64,000 bases of DNA from IMG/VR virus record IMGVR_UViG_3300045988_100778, positions 32,001-96,000 of that record. One strand, 5' to 3'. The stretch's first letter is position 1, and each line of letters opens with the position of its first letter. The position numbers were made by a program, and so were the translations under genes. Source of the stretch: a virus. Under the pieces are notes generated by a model. The model had not been told where the DNA came from and searched no databases. It saw only the letters and a program-made list of their open reading frames with translations. Shown piece by piece: positions 44,660 to 53,420 of this stretch.

Positions 44660-45100
44660 ATGGAAACAAAACAAGTATTATCAGTTGAACAGATGAAGCA
44701 CTTGCAGGAGCTTGGATTAGATACGAGCGATGCAAGTATATATTGGGCAAGAGTGTCGCATGGAAGCCGTATTGACGACAAATCAAAAGGTGTATGGTTT
44801 TTGAGTTTACATAAGGAATTTCAGACTTGTGGATTTATGTCATATGAAATTCTTCCTACTTATACTTTGCAGGATATTCTGGATAAGTTGCCAGAATCAG
44901 TACAGGTATATGATTTGTACATATTTAAGAAAGTGGGGTTGTGGTGGCTCAAATATGTAGACGTAACGAATAATGGAACCGTTCGTTTAGAAAAAATGCC
45001 GAAGTTGATAGATGCAGCCTATTATATGCTGTGTTGGTGCATTCAAAAGGGGTTTGTTAAAATTAATAAGGAGGTTAAAGATGGAAGAAAAGAAAATTGA
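44660..45100 (+). CDS. hypothetical protein
   Basis: 146-aa same-strand ORF. Confidence 0.4.
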   Translation: METKQVLSVEQMKHLQELGLDTSDASIYWARVSHGSRIDDKSKGVWFLSLHKEFQTCGFMSYEILPTYTLQDILDKLPESVQVYDLYIFKKVGLWWLKYVDVTNNGTVRLEKMPKLIDAAYYMLCWCIQKGFVKINKEVKDGRKEN

Positions 45101-45290
45101 TTGGGAACAGAGGCGTTATGAACTGGCAAAGGCTGCAATGCAAGCTTTGATTTCAAACAGTTTCTTTATGAAAAATTTGGGTATGTATTTGGATGAACAT
45201 CCAGATAAAAAGATGGATGCAATAGAAGTAGTAGCTATTGAATCAATTAATTATACTGATGTATTGATAAAGAAACTGAAAGGAGAATAA
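45081..45290 (+). CDS. small hypothetical protein
   Basis: ATG 45081 follows AAGGAGG; the ORF-track start at 45012 is deeply nested in the previous gene. Confidence 0.35.
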   Translation: MEEKKIDWEQRRYELAKAAMQALISNSFFMKNLGMYLDEHPDKKMDAIEVVAIESINYTDVLIKKLKGE

Positions 45291-45292
45291 TT

Positions 45293-45757
45293 ATGGAAGC
45301 ACATGTAATGAAACTCGAAAACAACTGTGTAATTGTTGACGAGGAATATTTTAATGAGATAAAGAAGCAGTCAGAATTTAACCAAGAAAGGATAAACGAG
45401 ATTGCCGAGGAAAAGTTTTTGAAATACATCAAAGAAAGCGGTATCAAGCTCTCCTATGAAGTAAACGGAATACCCTATATATTCCATTATGATTTGTTGA
45501 ATGAATTGAATTATGAAGAGAGGGGTTATCCGGAATCCGTGTCAGAAAGGGTGAAGCATACTATCGCAGACGATATAACCGAGGCTTTGAATGATAAGCT
45601 TAAGGGATTGAAAGACGAGGCTTTGAATTATGCCTTAAGTGAGTTTGACAAACGGAAGTACGGTTTAGAGGCTACTGTAAAAATATGGAAATATTTTGCA
45701 TTAATCTTTATCATTACGACTATTGTTCTAACAATTAGATTATTTATACAGCTATGA
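45293..45757 (+). CDS. hypothetical protein with a C-terminal transmembrane helix
   Basis: C-terminus WKYFALIFIITTIVLTIRLFI. Confidence 0.4.
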   Translation: MEAHVMKLENNCVIVDEEYFNEIKKQSEFNQERINEIAEEKFLKYIKESGIKLSYEVNGIPYIFHYDLLNELNYEERGYPESVSERVKHTIADDITEALNDKLKGLKDEALNYALSEFDKRKYGLEATVKIWKYFALIFIITTIVLTIRLFIQL

Positions 45758-46149
45758 CCGAAGAACTTGTAACATTAGAGACAGCGAAGCTACTAAAGGC
45801 GGCAGGATTTAAAGAAGATGTTAGTAGCTTTTATGAATTGGTGTATAAAGGAGGTAGTGGTCCTGAGTATGAGATAGATGAAAGCTACGATGCCCAGAAT
45901 TATAATACAGACGTTTACTCTATCTCTGCTCCAACTCAATCCATTGCCCAAAAGTGGCTGCGTGAAACCAAGAACCTACATATTGAAATATACCGAAGTG
46001 CCGTAGGGTATGGCTATGCTATAGTGAAAGCCGATAACGGAACGTGGCAGGAAGATGATGATTCCAGGGGGACTAATGATGGCGGTCTGTGGGACACCTA
46101 CGAGGAAGCATTAGAAGCTGGAATTATAAAAGCATTGTCTTTATTGTGA
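45754..46149 (+). CDS. hypothetical protein
   Basis: ATGA-coupled 131-aa ORF. Confidence 0.4.
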   Translation: MTEELVTLETAKLLKAAGFKEDVSSFYELVYKGGSGPEYEIDESYDAQNYNTDVYSISAPTQSIAQKWLRETKNLHIEIYRSAVGYGYAIVKADNGTWQEDDDSRGTNDGGLWDTYEEALEAGIIKALSLL

Positions 46150-46177
46150 AATGATGTTAAACAACCCATATTTTACA

Positions 46178-46224
46178 CATAAGCACTTGCGTATCTCATA
46201 ACATAACCTTATCTTTGTACTGTG
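46178..46224 (+). promoter_or_regulatory. dispersed promoter/operator element, copy D
   Basis: CATAAGCACTTGCGTATCTCATAACATAACCTTATCTTTGTACTGTG. Confidence 0.65.
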
Positions 46225-46262
46225 ATAAGAAATCAAGGTCAAACAAGTAAAAGATAAAAGTC

Positions 46263-46490
46263 ATGAACTCAGTATTTAAAGCCAAGAAACAAATGTTAGA
46301 AAACATTCTTTCAAAAGTTGCAAGTGTTAATGTAGAAATAACTTTTGCACGTACTAACATGATAACGATTGCTTGGGACGAAGAAAACAAAAGCGCGTTT
46401 GAAAGATTACAAAATTACTTCAAAGGAAAACTGTTTGATTATGAGTACGATGAAGAATGTGATATGTCTGTTTGTTGTTTGAATCTTTAA
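46263..46490 (+). CDS. small hypothetical protein
   Basis: 75-aa ORF behind copy D and the conserved leader. Confidence 0.45.
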   Translation: MNSVFKAKKQMLENILSKVASVNVEITFARTNMITIAWDEENKSAFERLQNYFKGKLFDYEYDEECDMSVCCLNL

Positions 46491-46502
46491 TAAGATAAGG
46501 TT

Positions 46503-46667
46503 ATGAAAGAAAGATTTTTAGAAAAATTCATTATGATGGAATTTGTGAAAGGAAATTTGGATTCACAAGAACAAGTCAATAACATGGTTTCTTTGATACA
46601 GAGAAAGTTGGGTGTATCAGTAGAGAACGCAGGAAATTTTTTAAGAAAATCGATTGGTTTGATTTAA
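46503..46667 (+). CDS. small hypothetical protein (54 aa, not in the ORF track)
   Basis: GATAAGGTTATGAAA start context; followed by a terminator. Confidence 0.35.
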   Translation: MKERFLEKFIMMEFVKGNLDSQEQVNNMVSLIQRKLGVSVENAGNFLRKSIGLI

Positions 46668-46695
46668 CAATAACAATTTGTTTTTCTCATATTAA

Positions 46696-46722
46696 GGGGT
46701 TACGTTTGTAGCCCCAATTTTT
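46696..46722 (+). terminator. rho-independent terminator
   Basis: Stem GGGGTTAC/GTAGCCCC (one G-U pair) followed by AATTTTT. Confidence 0.55.
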
Positions 46723-46734
46723 AAATTAAAAAAG

Positions 46735-48189
46735 ATGGCGCAAAAATTGTCTACCGGATTTATGGCAGAATTATTCAAGCTTGTATACATGGATTTGAAT
46801 ATCACTCGAATGGTGGTAAATAATCTGACCTATCAGTTGATACCCAAAGAGTGGCCCGGTTTCAAATTTTTATTAAAAGAGGCAACAGAAGTATTAAAGG
46901 AAAAAGATAAGGTTCCTTCTTTGGGTGTGGTGTCTCAAAAATACGCTGACAGTGATTTTGTGATTGAGGCGATAGATGCCGTGCAGTCAGCCGCTAAAGT
47001 AGACAAGGAAATTATTATAGACCAGTTGGAAGCGTACATTAAAGACGTTGAATTCCAGCTACTTTCCAAAAAAGTACATGATTTGTACGAAGAGGGGAAG
47101 AAAGAAGACGCTATACGGGTAAACGCGGAAGAGAGCCAAAGAATTCTATCCCTATCATTAAGGCATGAGGCAGGCGGTTTCCAAAAAGTGTTCTCCGATT
47201 TTGACAAGCGAATGAAGAGGAGACGGGAAGAAGAAGAGGGGGAAATCCCGTCACGTGTAATGTTCGGACTTGATAAGATAGACCAGATTTCGGAAGGTGG
47301 TGCTACAATGGAAGATACCGTGTTATGGATAATGCGTTCGGGTGTCGGCAAGTCTACTGTATTGAGGTATCACGGTATGCAGGCAGCTTTTGACGGGCAC
47401 CCAGTCTTACATATACAGTTGGAAGGTGGTGCGCGTGCGTGTCTGGAAAGATACGACCAGTTTTGGACTGGACAAAAATACGGGAATATCAGAAAAGGTG
47501 TCATAGATGATAAACTGGCTGAAAAAATAGAAAAGGCCTTTGAAAATATGAAATCTTATTCCAAGGACATAGATGTTTATTCATTTGAAAAATTCGGGCA
47601 GGCTACTATGGTGGATATTCGTAACGTGATAGTTTCCTATTACAAGAAAAACGGTTATTATCCGCATGTATTGATATTGGATTCGTTAGACCTTGTGGCA
47701 ACAGGAACAAATAGAGTTGTAGACAATAACCCTACATTCAAAAAAGAAAAATTACAGACATGTGCACAACTTTTGAAAAATTTATGTGTAGAGTTTAAAA
47801 TGGTGGGATTTACGGCAGCACAAGCCGGAAATGTGCCGTTGGAAATATGGGACAATTCGGACAAAGTGATAGACAGAAGCTATACGGAAGGGGACAGGAC
47901 ACTTGTAAAGCCGTTTTCCTTTGTGTTTACCGGGAACCGGACAAGAGAGGAAAAGAAACAGAACATAATGCGTATCTATATGGATAAGGTACGCGATTAT
48001 GATACGGTAAAAGATACCTTCCCTATTGTGACGGATTACGGCAGGGGACGTTTTTGTGACAAGGCGCTGACAGCCGAATATTACGGAGGTGACAAGGGTT
48101 TCACGTCCTCTACTTCTGAAAAGAAGACAAGAAAGAAAAAGGACGAAGGCGGTGAAAAGCAAAATGATGTTAAAACAGAGGTGATTTAG
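46735..48189 (+). CDS. DnaB/gp41-like replicative helicase
   Basis: Walker A MRSGVGKST, Walker B HVLILDSLD, RecA-fold C-terminal half. Confidence 0.65.
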   Translation: MAQKLSTGFMAELFKLVYMDLNITRMVVNNLTYQLIPKEWPGFKFLLKEATEVLKEKDKVPSLGVVSQKYADSDFVIEAIDAVQSAAKVDKEIIIDQLEAYIKDVEFQLLSKKVHDLYEEGKKEDAIRVNAEESQRILSLSLRHEAGGFQKVFSDFDKRMKRRREEEEGEIPSRVMFGLDKIDQISEGGATMEDTVLWIMRSGVGKSTVLRYHGMQAAFDGHPVLHIQLEGGARACLERYDQFWTGQKYGNIRKGVIDDKLAEKIEKAFENMKSYSKDIDVYSFEKFGQATMVDIRNVIVSYYKKNGYYPHVLILDSLDLVATGTNRVVDNNPTFKKEKLQTCAQLLKNLCVEFKMVGFTAAQAGNVPLEIWDNSDKVIDRSYTEGDRTLVKPFSFVFTGNRTREEKKQNIMRIYMDKVRDYDTVKDTFPIVTDYGRGRFCDKALTAEYYGGDKGFTSSTSEKKTRKKKDEGGEKQNDVKTEVI

Positions 48190-48190
48190 A

Positions 48191-48236
48191 CATAAGCACT
48201 TGCGTATGTCATAACATAATCTTATCTTTGTAGTGT
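48191..48236 (+). promoter_or_regulatory. dispersed promoter/operator element, copy E
   Basis: CATAAGCACTTGCGTATGTCATAACATAATCTTATCTTTGTAGTGT, starting 1 nt after the helicase stop. Confidence 0.65.
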
Positions 48237-48323
48237 CTTCTTAAGGGAGGCAAGAAAAGAAGGTGAAAGACTGTAAAGAACATCTTTTTTGGGATATATT
48301 GTTTATGAATTAGTTTAGAGGAT

Positions 48324-48656
48324 ATGAAAAGATATAAAGTTGGAGAAGTATTTGAATACGAAGGCATGATATTGAAAGCGATAGAAGATGATTTGAAACA
48401 AGAAGAAAGTGGATGTAAATATTGTGCTTTAAACAAATTTGTGTGCAGCCATATAGATTGTGGTACAAGAATGAATCCAAGTATTCGTTTTATTGAAGTT
48501 TCAAAAGAAAAACTTTTTGCGGATGCACTGCCAATAATCCAAGGTGCGCCTATGCCACCGCTTGAAGATAATACGAATTTTCTTGATGATTTGGATTTGA
48601 AGCCGAAAAAGAAAAGCTTTTGGAAACGGTTAATGTTTTGGAGGAAAGATGTTTAG
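48324..48656 (+). CDS. hypothetical protein
   Basis: 110-aa ORF behind copy E, overlapping the primase start. Confidence 0.4.
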   Translation: MKRYKVGEVFEYEGMILKAIEDDLKQEESGCKYCALNKFVCSHIDCGTRMNPSIRFIEVSKEKLFADALPIIQGAPMPPLEDNTNFLDDLDLKPKKKSFWKRLMFWRKDV

Positions 48657-49650
48657 GGTTGACAAAAACGAGGTAATATCCGAATTGAATTTGTCCTTGT
48701 TCGGAGCAAAAGGTTTCATGCAGGATAGGAACAAGGAATGCCCTTTTTGTAATAAAAAAGGGAAATGGGGGATAAAATTCAACGATGCCGGGAATAATGG
48801 TGCATTCCATTGTTTCAAATGTGGCATGAAAACCACCTTAAAAAAGTTCTTGGAAAAGATAGGAAGGAAGGACCTTATAAAGCAGGATTACGAAAACACC
48901 GTAAAAATGCAGAAATTAATACCTCTAATAGATGATGAAGAAGAGAAAACAACAGAGGAAATTAAGGAATGCACCCTTCCTAAAAAACTGGAATATATAG
49001 AAAAGGACGAATATTTGGATAAGAGGGGCTTTGTAAAAAGATATTATGAAGAATTCCGTCCGGCAGAAACAAAATTCTTTCTCGAAAGAAAGCTGCATGA
49101 TAAGTTCATATTCCAGTTTACCATGAACGGCAAATTAGTCGCATGGCTGGCACGTTCAAAGAAAAGTAAGGATTGGCACGAAGAAAACCTTCAAAGGTTT
49201 AAGGAGGGTAAAGAAAAGCTTGTATTGAGGTATGAAAATTCACGTGACGGATTTTCCCATGTGATAGGAGGGTATGACAATATAACGGACGAGACGGACA
49301 CGGTTATAATCGTGGAAGGGATGTTTGACTATATATCGGTTGACACGAAATTGCATCTTTATGAATCACCGGATATAAAGTGCGTGTTTACGTTCGGAAA
49401 CAACATGGGGTTAAGCCAGATAAGGCTATTGAGGGACAAACCAGGCATAAGGAACGTGATTTTGATGTACGACCCCGACAAGCCGGAAATGATTAAGACA
49501 GTATCAATGACCTTACAAAGATATTTCAATGTACAGATTGCCGAACTGGAAGACAAGAAGAAAGACCCTGGGGATGCGACACAAGAAGAACTCCTATGGG
49601 CGCTTGACAATATGACAGAACCGATTAATTATTATACAAGACATTTATAG
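48649..49650 (+). CDS. dnaG: DnaG-like primase (zinc ribbon + Toprim)
   Basis: CPFCNKKGKWG..FHCFKCG zinc ribbon; Toprim IIVEGMFDYIS and LMYDPDKPE. Confidence 0.7.
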   Translation: MFRVDKNEVISELNLSLFGAKGFMQDRNKECPFCNKKGKWGIKFNDAGNNGAFHCFKCGMKTTLKKFLEKIGRKDLIKQDYENTVKMQKLIPLIDDEEEKTTEEIKECTLPKKLEYIEKDEYLDKRGFVKRYYEEFRPAETKFFLERKLHDKFIFQFTMNGKLVAWLARSKKSKDWHEENLQRFKEGKEKLVLRYENSRDGFSHVIGGYDNITDETDTVIIVEGMFDYISVDTKLHLYESPDIKCVFTFGNNMGLSQIRLLRDKPGIRNVILMYDPDKPEMIKTVSMTLQRYFNVQIAELEDKKKDPGDATQEELLWALDNMTEPINYYTRHL

Positions 49651-49659
49651 TGTTGATTT

Positions 49660-49691
49660 TTTGCCATTTATCCTAATTTTTGTTAGATTTG
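49660..49691 (+). promoter_or_regulatory. Bacteroidota-type promoter candidate
   Basis: TTTG (49660-49663), N20, TAgaTTTG (49684-49691), then a GAAGTCAAAAATAAGG leader. Confidence 0.5.
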
Positions 49692-49708
49692 AAGTCAAAA
49701 ATAAGGAC

Positions 49709-50200
49709 ATGGAAAAATCACGGAAAATCAGTCTGGAGCAGTTTGTAATTAACTTGCAATTGGAGTATTTGAGTTGTAGATTACGCTCGATAGTTTACAA
49801 CCGTATAGAAAGTGTCGAGCTTGTGAAGATATATAAGGACATAGCGGAGAAGAAGAAAGCAAAGATTCTGAACTTGAAACAAAGGTTCCGTCTTGGTACG
49901 ATGTTTGACAGTGACAAGGCGTTTTCAGATTTTTATTTGAAAGAGTTTTTGCAGGAATACGGATTGCCGAACTTGCAATATTCGGAGAAAACGAAAAAGT
50001 CGGTTATGTTCTGGGACAGGTTCCACCTATTGAAACCGGGTACCATAGTGATATACAAGGGGAAGGAATATAAGGTGAAGATAAACCATCCGAATGACGA
50101 TAATGTGGTGATATGGATTAATGACGTGCCGGAACAGATACCTTATACCTATTTCAAAATGAGATGGTTAGAAAAAATTGATATGAAAGATTTGAAATAA
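49709..50200 (+). CDS. hypothetical protein
   Basis: ATG 49709 (MEKSRKIS..); the ORF-track TTG 49661 lies within the promoter candidate. Confidence 0.4.
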   Translation: MEKSRKISLEQFVINLQLEYLSCRLRSIVYNRIESVELVKIYKDIAEKKKAKILNLKQRFRLGTMFDSDKAFSDFYLKEFLQEYGLPNLQYSEKTKKSVMFWDRFHLLKPGTIVIYKGKEYKVKINHPNDDNVVIWINDVPEQIPYTYFKMRWLEKIDMKDLK

Positions 50201-50211
50201 TAGAGATAATA

Positions 50212-50244
50212 TTTGTTTATCTCAAAATTAAATTGTTATATTTG
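50212..50244 (+). promoter_or_regulatory. Bacteroidota-type promoter candidate
   Basis: TTTG (50212-50215), N21, TAtaTTTG (50237-50244), upstream of mazG. Confidence 0.5.
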
Positions 50245-50268
50245 CAGTACAATTAAAAAACAAAAGAT

Positions 50269-50796
50269 ATGACGTATTTTGAGTATGAAGAAAAGGCGGC
50301 TACCACAGCTTGCTATAACGAAAAAGTGGCTTTGTCCTATGTAACACTTGGTTTGTGTTCAGAGATGGGAGAAACCTATGAGAAAATCAATAACGAGGCA
50401 GAAACGGAAGAAATCTCTAAAGAAATTGGAGATATGTTTTGGTATCTCGCTATGATTCGCAAAGAGTGTAATCTTGATATTGAAGGTTGGGATTGGAAAG
50501 AAGCTTTGGCAAATGCAGAAGGTGCAGGCGTGTTTGATTTGCCCGTGGAAGTCGGAAAGATTGCGGACCAGGTTAAAAAGTGGTTGCGTGATGATTGGAA
50601 AGACGCGGAAAACAATGTATTCCCGGAAGCACGGAAGAAAGCCGTTTTGGAAGCCTGGAAGAATGCTTGGAAGGTAATAAACAGCATGATTAACCGCGTA
50701 GGGCTTGATACGGAAAAGATTGCCGAGCAGAATATAGAAAAACTGTTTTCGCGTAAACAACGCGACAAAATTCACGGAGCAGGAGACAACAGATGA
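50269..50796 (+). CDS. mazG: MazG-like nucleotide pyrophosphohydrolase
   Basis: LCSEMGETYEKI and EIGDMFWYLAMI motifs. Confidence 0.65.
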   Translation: MTYFEYEEKAATTACYNEKVALSYVTLGLCSEMGETYEKINNEAETEEISKEIGDMFWYLAMIRKECNLDIEGWDWKEALANAEGAGVFDLPVEVGKIADQVKKWLRDDWKDAENNVFPEARKKAVLEAWKNAWKVINSMINRVGLDTEKIAEQNIEKLFSRKQRDKIHGAGDNR

Positions 50797-51377
50797 GGAA
50801 CTATGACAAAATATTAATGACCGGGGCGCAGGGCACGGGGAAGACAACCCTATTGAAAGCCTTGCAGAACGAACCGGAATTTGACAACTGGAAGTTTTAC
50901 ACGAATGTTGTCAGAACGATGGTTGAAGAAGAAGGGATAACCATTAATGAAGAAGGCACGTCCGAATCACAAAAGAAAATATTCGATAAATACACTCAAA
51001 TAATGGAAGATGCCATGAAACAGCCTTCCATTAGCGACAGATGTATTATTGATGTGAATGCCTACACTTCATGGCTTTTTGATAATTGCAGCCCAAAAGA
51101 CCCGGAATATAATAACCTGGCAGAAGAAGACTTTAAGGAGAAACGACAGATTGTAAAGCGAAAATATGAATTCCCTTTACTTGTCTATCTTCCTATCACA
51201 TTCAGATTGCAAGGTGATGAGGTCCGTTCGGAAGATGAAGAATACCAGAAAGAAATAGACCGGAAAATAAAGCAGATTGTCGATAATTACGGAATACCCT
51301 ACATTTCTGTTTCCGGTTCAACGGAAGAACGAGTACAGCAGATTAAAGATGCCGTATTCGGGAAAAAGGAGGACTGA
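50793..51377 (+). CDS. P-loop kinase/ATPase (AAA_28, NadR-like)
   Basis: Walker A MTGAQGTGKTTL; DRCIIDVNAY; size and pattern resemble small nucleotide/nucleoside kinases. Confidence 0.45.
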   Translation: MRNYDKILMTGAQGTGKTTLLKALQNEPEFDNWKFYTNVVRTMVEEEGITINEEGTSESQKKIFDKYTQIMEDAMKQPSISDRCIIDVNAYTSWLFDNCSPKDPEYNNLAEEDFKEKRQIVKRKYEFPLLVYLPITFRLQGDEVRSEDEEYQKEIDRKIKQIVDNYGIPYISVSGSTEERVQQIKDAVFGKKED

Positions 51378-51380
51378 TGT

Positions 51381-51740
51381 ATGGAAGTTTCTTTGTTGAC
51401 TTTGAGAAATGTAGGTCGGAAACTTGGAATGCAGAATGTTTCCGGATTCAGAAAGGAAGACCTTTTGCAACAAGTTGTTGAAAGACTGGAAGCAAAAGGA
51501 AAGACGCTTGAAGAATATGCAAAGGAGGTATCTGTAAACACCCAAAAAGGGTATGTAAAGAAAAAGTTCAATCTTTCACCTAAAGGAGAAAACCCGTACA
51601 AGAAAGGAAGCATATCTTATAAGGTATGGGAAGAACTCGCAAAGAATGACGGACGTTCATTCAGCCGGATTGCAAAAGAGCTGGGAACGCATTACAACGT
51701 TGTTTCCGTTTGCTGTAGGAACCATTTTGACAAATCATAA
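51381..51740 (+). CDS. hypothetical DNA/RNA-binding protein (Rho_N/SAP-like N-terminus)
   Basis: LRNVGRKLGMQNVSGFRKEDLLQQVVERL resembles the Rho_N/SAP helix pattern; weak. Confidence 0.3.
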   Translation: MEVSLLTLRNVGRKLGMQNVSGFRKEDLLQQVVERLEAKGKTLEEYAKEVSVNTQKGYVKKKFNLSPKGENPYKKGSISYKVWEELAKNDGRSFSRIAKELGTHYNVVSVCCRNHFDKS

Positions 51741-51773
51741 ACTTGCCGTTTTTATTTAGATTTGATTTTTCAC

Positions 51774-51810
51774 GGGGAGTGTAAGTAAATACGCTTCACT
51801 CCCCTTTACA
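51774..51810 (+). terminator. rho-independent terminator candidate
   Basis: Stem GGGGAGTG/CACTCCCC (51774-51781 / 51797-51804), then TTT. Confidence 0.5.
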
Positions 51811-51820
51811 CCCTAAAAAT

Positions 51821-53416
51821 ATGAATGAACTGTATAAAGATTTAATCAAATATTTGGAGGATAACTTTCTGTCTTTCAATGCTTTGGATAATTATATTAT
51901 AGAGATTGACGGGCAAACATTCGAGTTGTTTGAACCTTTCCAATGGGACAAAGAGGATAACGGAATTTTCTTTGACGATTCGTTCCAGTGGGTAGGAGAC
52001 AGAACGGAATGCGACAACTATGTCTTCCGGTTCGGTGATGTATGGTATTATCTTAAAAAGGGAGACGAGAATAAAGTAAAACTTAACCGATTGCAGTATA
52101 TCGGAAAGGCAAATTTGTTTGACGAAAGCTTGAGATTTGACACCTATATAGGTGTGCACGGCAATTTTGAATTGATGAACGGAATGCACTCTTATTCCGA
52201 TTGGGTAGAAAAAGCGAAATTTTTAGGAATAAAAGCGCTTGGTATATGCGAAAAGAATACGCTTGCATCAGCGTTCAAGTTTCAGAATGAGTGTCTAAAA
52301 AGTGATATAAGACCTATATTCGGTATGGAAGTTACTGTATATAACGAGCAGAAGGACGTGCGATATACAGTAAAGCTGATAGTCAAGGACAAGGAGGGAT
52401 GGAATAACCTACTGAAAATAAATAAGATTCTGAATGTCGATGAAAAAGGCTTTATCACGGAAAAGGAATTGCAAGAAATGAAAGACGGGTGTTTCTTGTT
52501 GTTTGACCCGAAAACATGTATGTTTGAAAATCTCCCCATATTGTCAAGAAAATGGAACGATACCTATTACCAGCTTGATACTGTGGAATACAAGAAGAAT
52601 GACCGGGATAAAAAATATCTTGACAATCTGAAAAAATTCGTGGGTGTATATAAACCCGTGGCGGTATGTGACGCCTGGTATCTTGAAAGGCGGTATGCTC
52701 CTATAAGGGAAAAGCTTAACAGGCTGGCAAAGGTTGCGAATTATGAGAGTGACAACCAGTATATGAAGAATTACCAGGAATATTACGAAGAATTGTCAAA
52801 ACTGATATTGAATGAAGACAAGTTTTTCGGACTGTTTGAAGAAGCTTTGGTAAATCTTAATTACATATCGGTAAACTGTAATTATTTGCTGGAAACACAG
52901 GTAAGACACGCACCTAAATATGTAATGACGGAAGAGGAGAAAAAGAAATATGCTTCCAATACAGAAATGTTTGAATCGCTTGTCTTTGACGGACTGGCAG
53001 AACATCCAGAAATACTGGACAGATACAGCGAAGAGGAACTGACAGAAAGACTTAACACGGAAATATCCATCATAGAGGAAGGCGACGTAGTGGACTATTT
53101 TTTGATGTTGAGGGATATTATTAGATGGGGAAGAGACAATAACATTTTGGTCGGATTGGGCCGCGGAAGCAGCGCTGGAAGCCTCGTTTCTTATCTCCTT
53201 GGTATTGTCAATGTAAACCCGTTGGAATATGAACTCCTATTCAGTCGATTTTTGACAAAGGGTCGTTTAATTCGGCATGAAGAGGAAGAGATAATAACGA
53301 TAAATGGAGAAAAGGAAATATCCGGGAATACCTTTATAAAGATTGTCCGGAATGACGAGGAAATGATAATTAGAGCCAAAGAGTTAAAAGAAGGTGACGA
53401 ACTGATAAACGAGTAA
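51821..53416 (+). CDS. dnaE: DNA polymerase III alpha, N-terminal (PHP-domain) part
   Basis: PHP-like IGVHGNFELMNGMHSY, IRPIFGMEV; conserved GLGRGSSAGSLVSYLLGI..PLEYELLFSRFL; ORF ends at TAA 53414 inside an inserted segment. Confidence 0.75.
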   Translation: MNELYKDLIKYLEDNFLSFNALDNYIIEIDGQTFELFEPFQWDKEDNGIFFDDSFQWVGDRTECDNYVFRFGDVWYYLKKGDENKVKLNRLQYIGKANLFDESLRFDTYIGVHGNFELMNGMHSYSDWVEKAKFLGIKALGICEKNTLASAFKFQNECLKSDIRPIFGMEVTVYNEQKDVRYTVKLIVKDKEGWNNLLKINKILNVDEKGFITEKELQEMKDGCFLLFDPKTCMFENLPILSRKWNDTYYQLDTVEYKKNDRDKKYLDNLKKFVGVYKPVAVCDAWYLERRYAPIREKLNRLAKVANYESDNQYMKNYQEYYEELSKLILNEDKFFGLFEEALVNLNYISVNCNYLLETQVRHAPKYVMTEEEKKKYASNTEMFESLVFDGLAEHPEILDRYSEEELTERLNTEISIIEEGDVVDYFLMLRDIIRWGRDNNILVGLGRGSSAGSLVSYLLGIVNVNPLEYELLFSRFLTKGRLIRHEEEEIITINGEKEISGNTFIKIVRNDEEMIIRAKELKEGDELINE

Positions 53417-53420
53417 TGGT

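Noticed and set aside
53414-53416. Stop-codon recoding or readthrough as the explanation for the dnaE split
   Set aside because: TAA is used as a normal stop by many well-supported genes here, and the downstream part is in a different (+1) frame. Recoding therefore cannot join them. I see no recognisable slippery site for a programmed +1 shift at AAC GAG TAA, but cannot exclude one.
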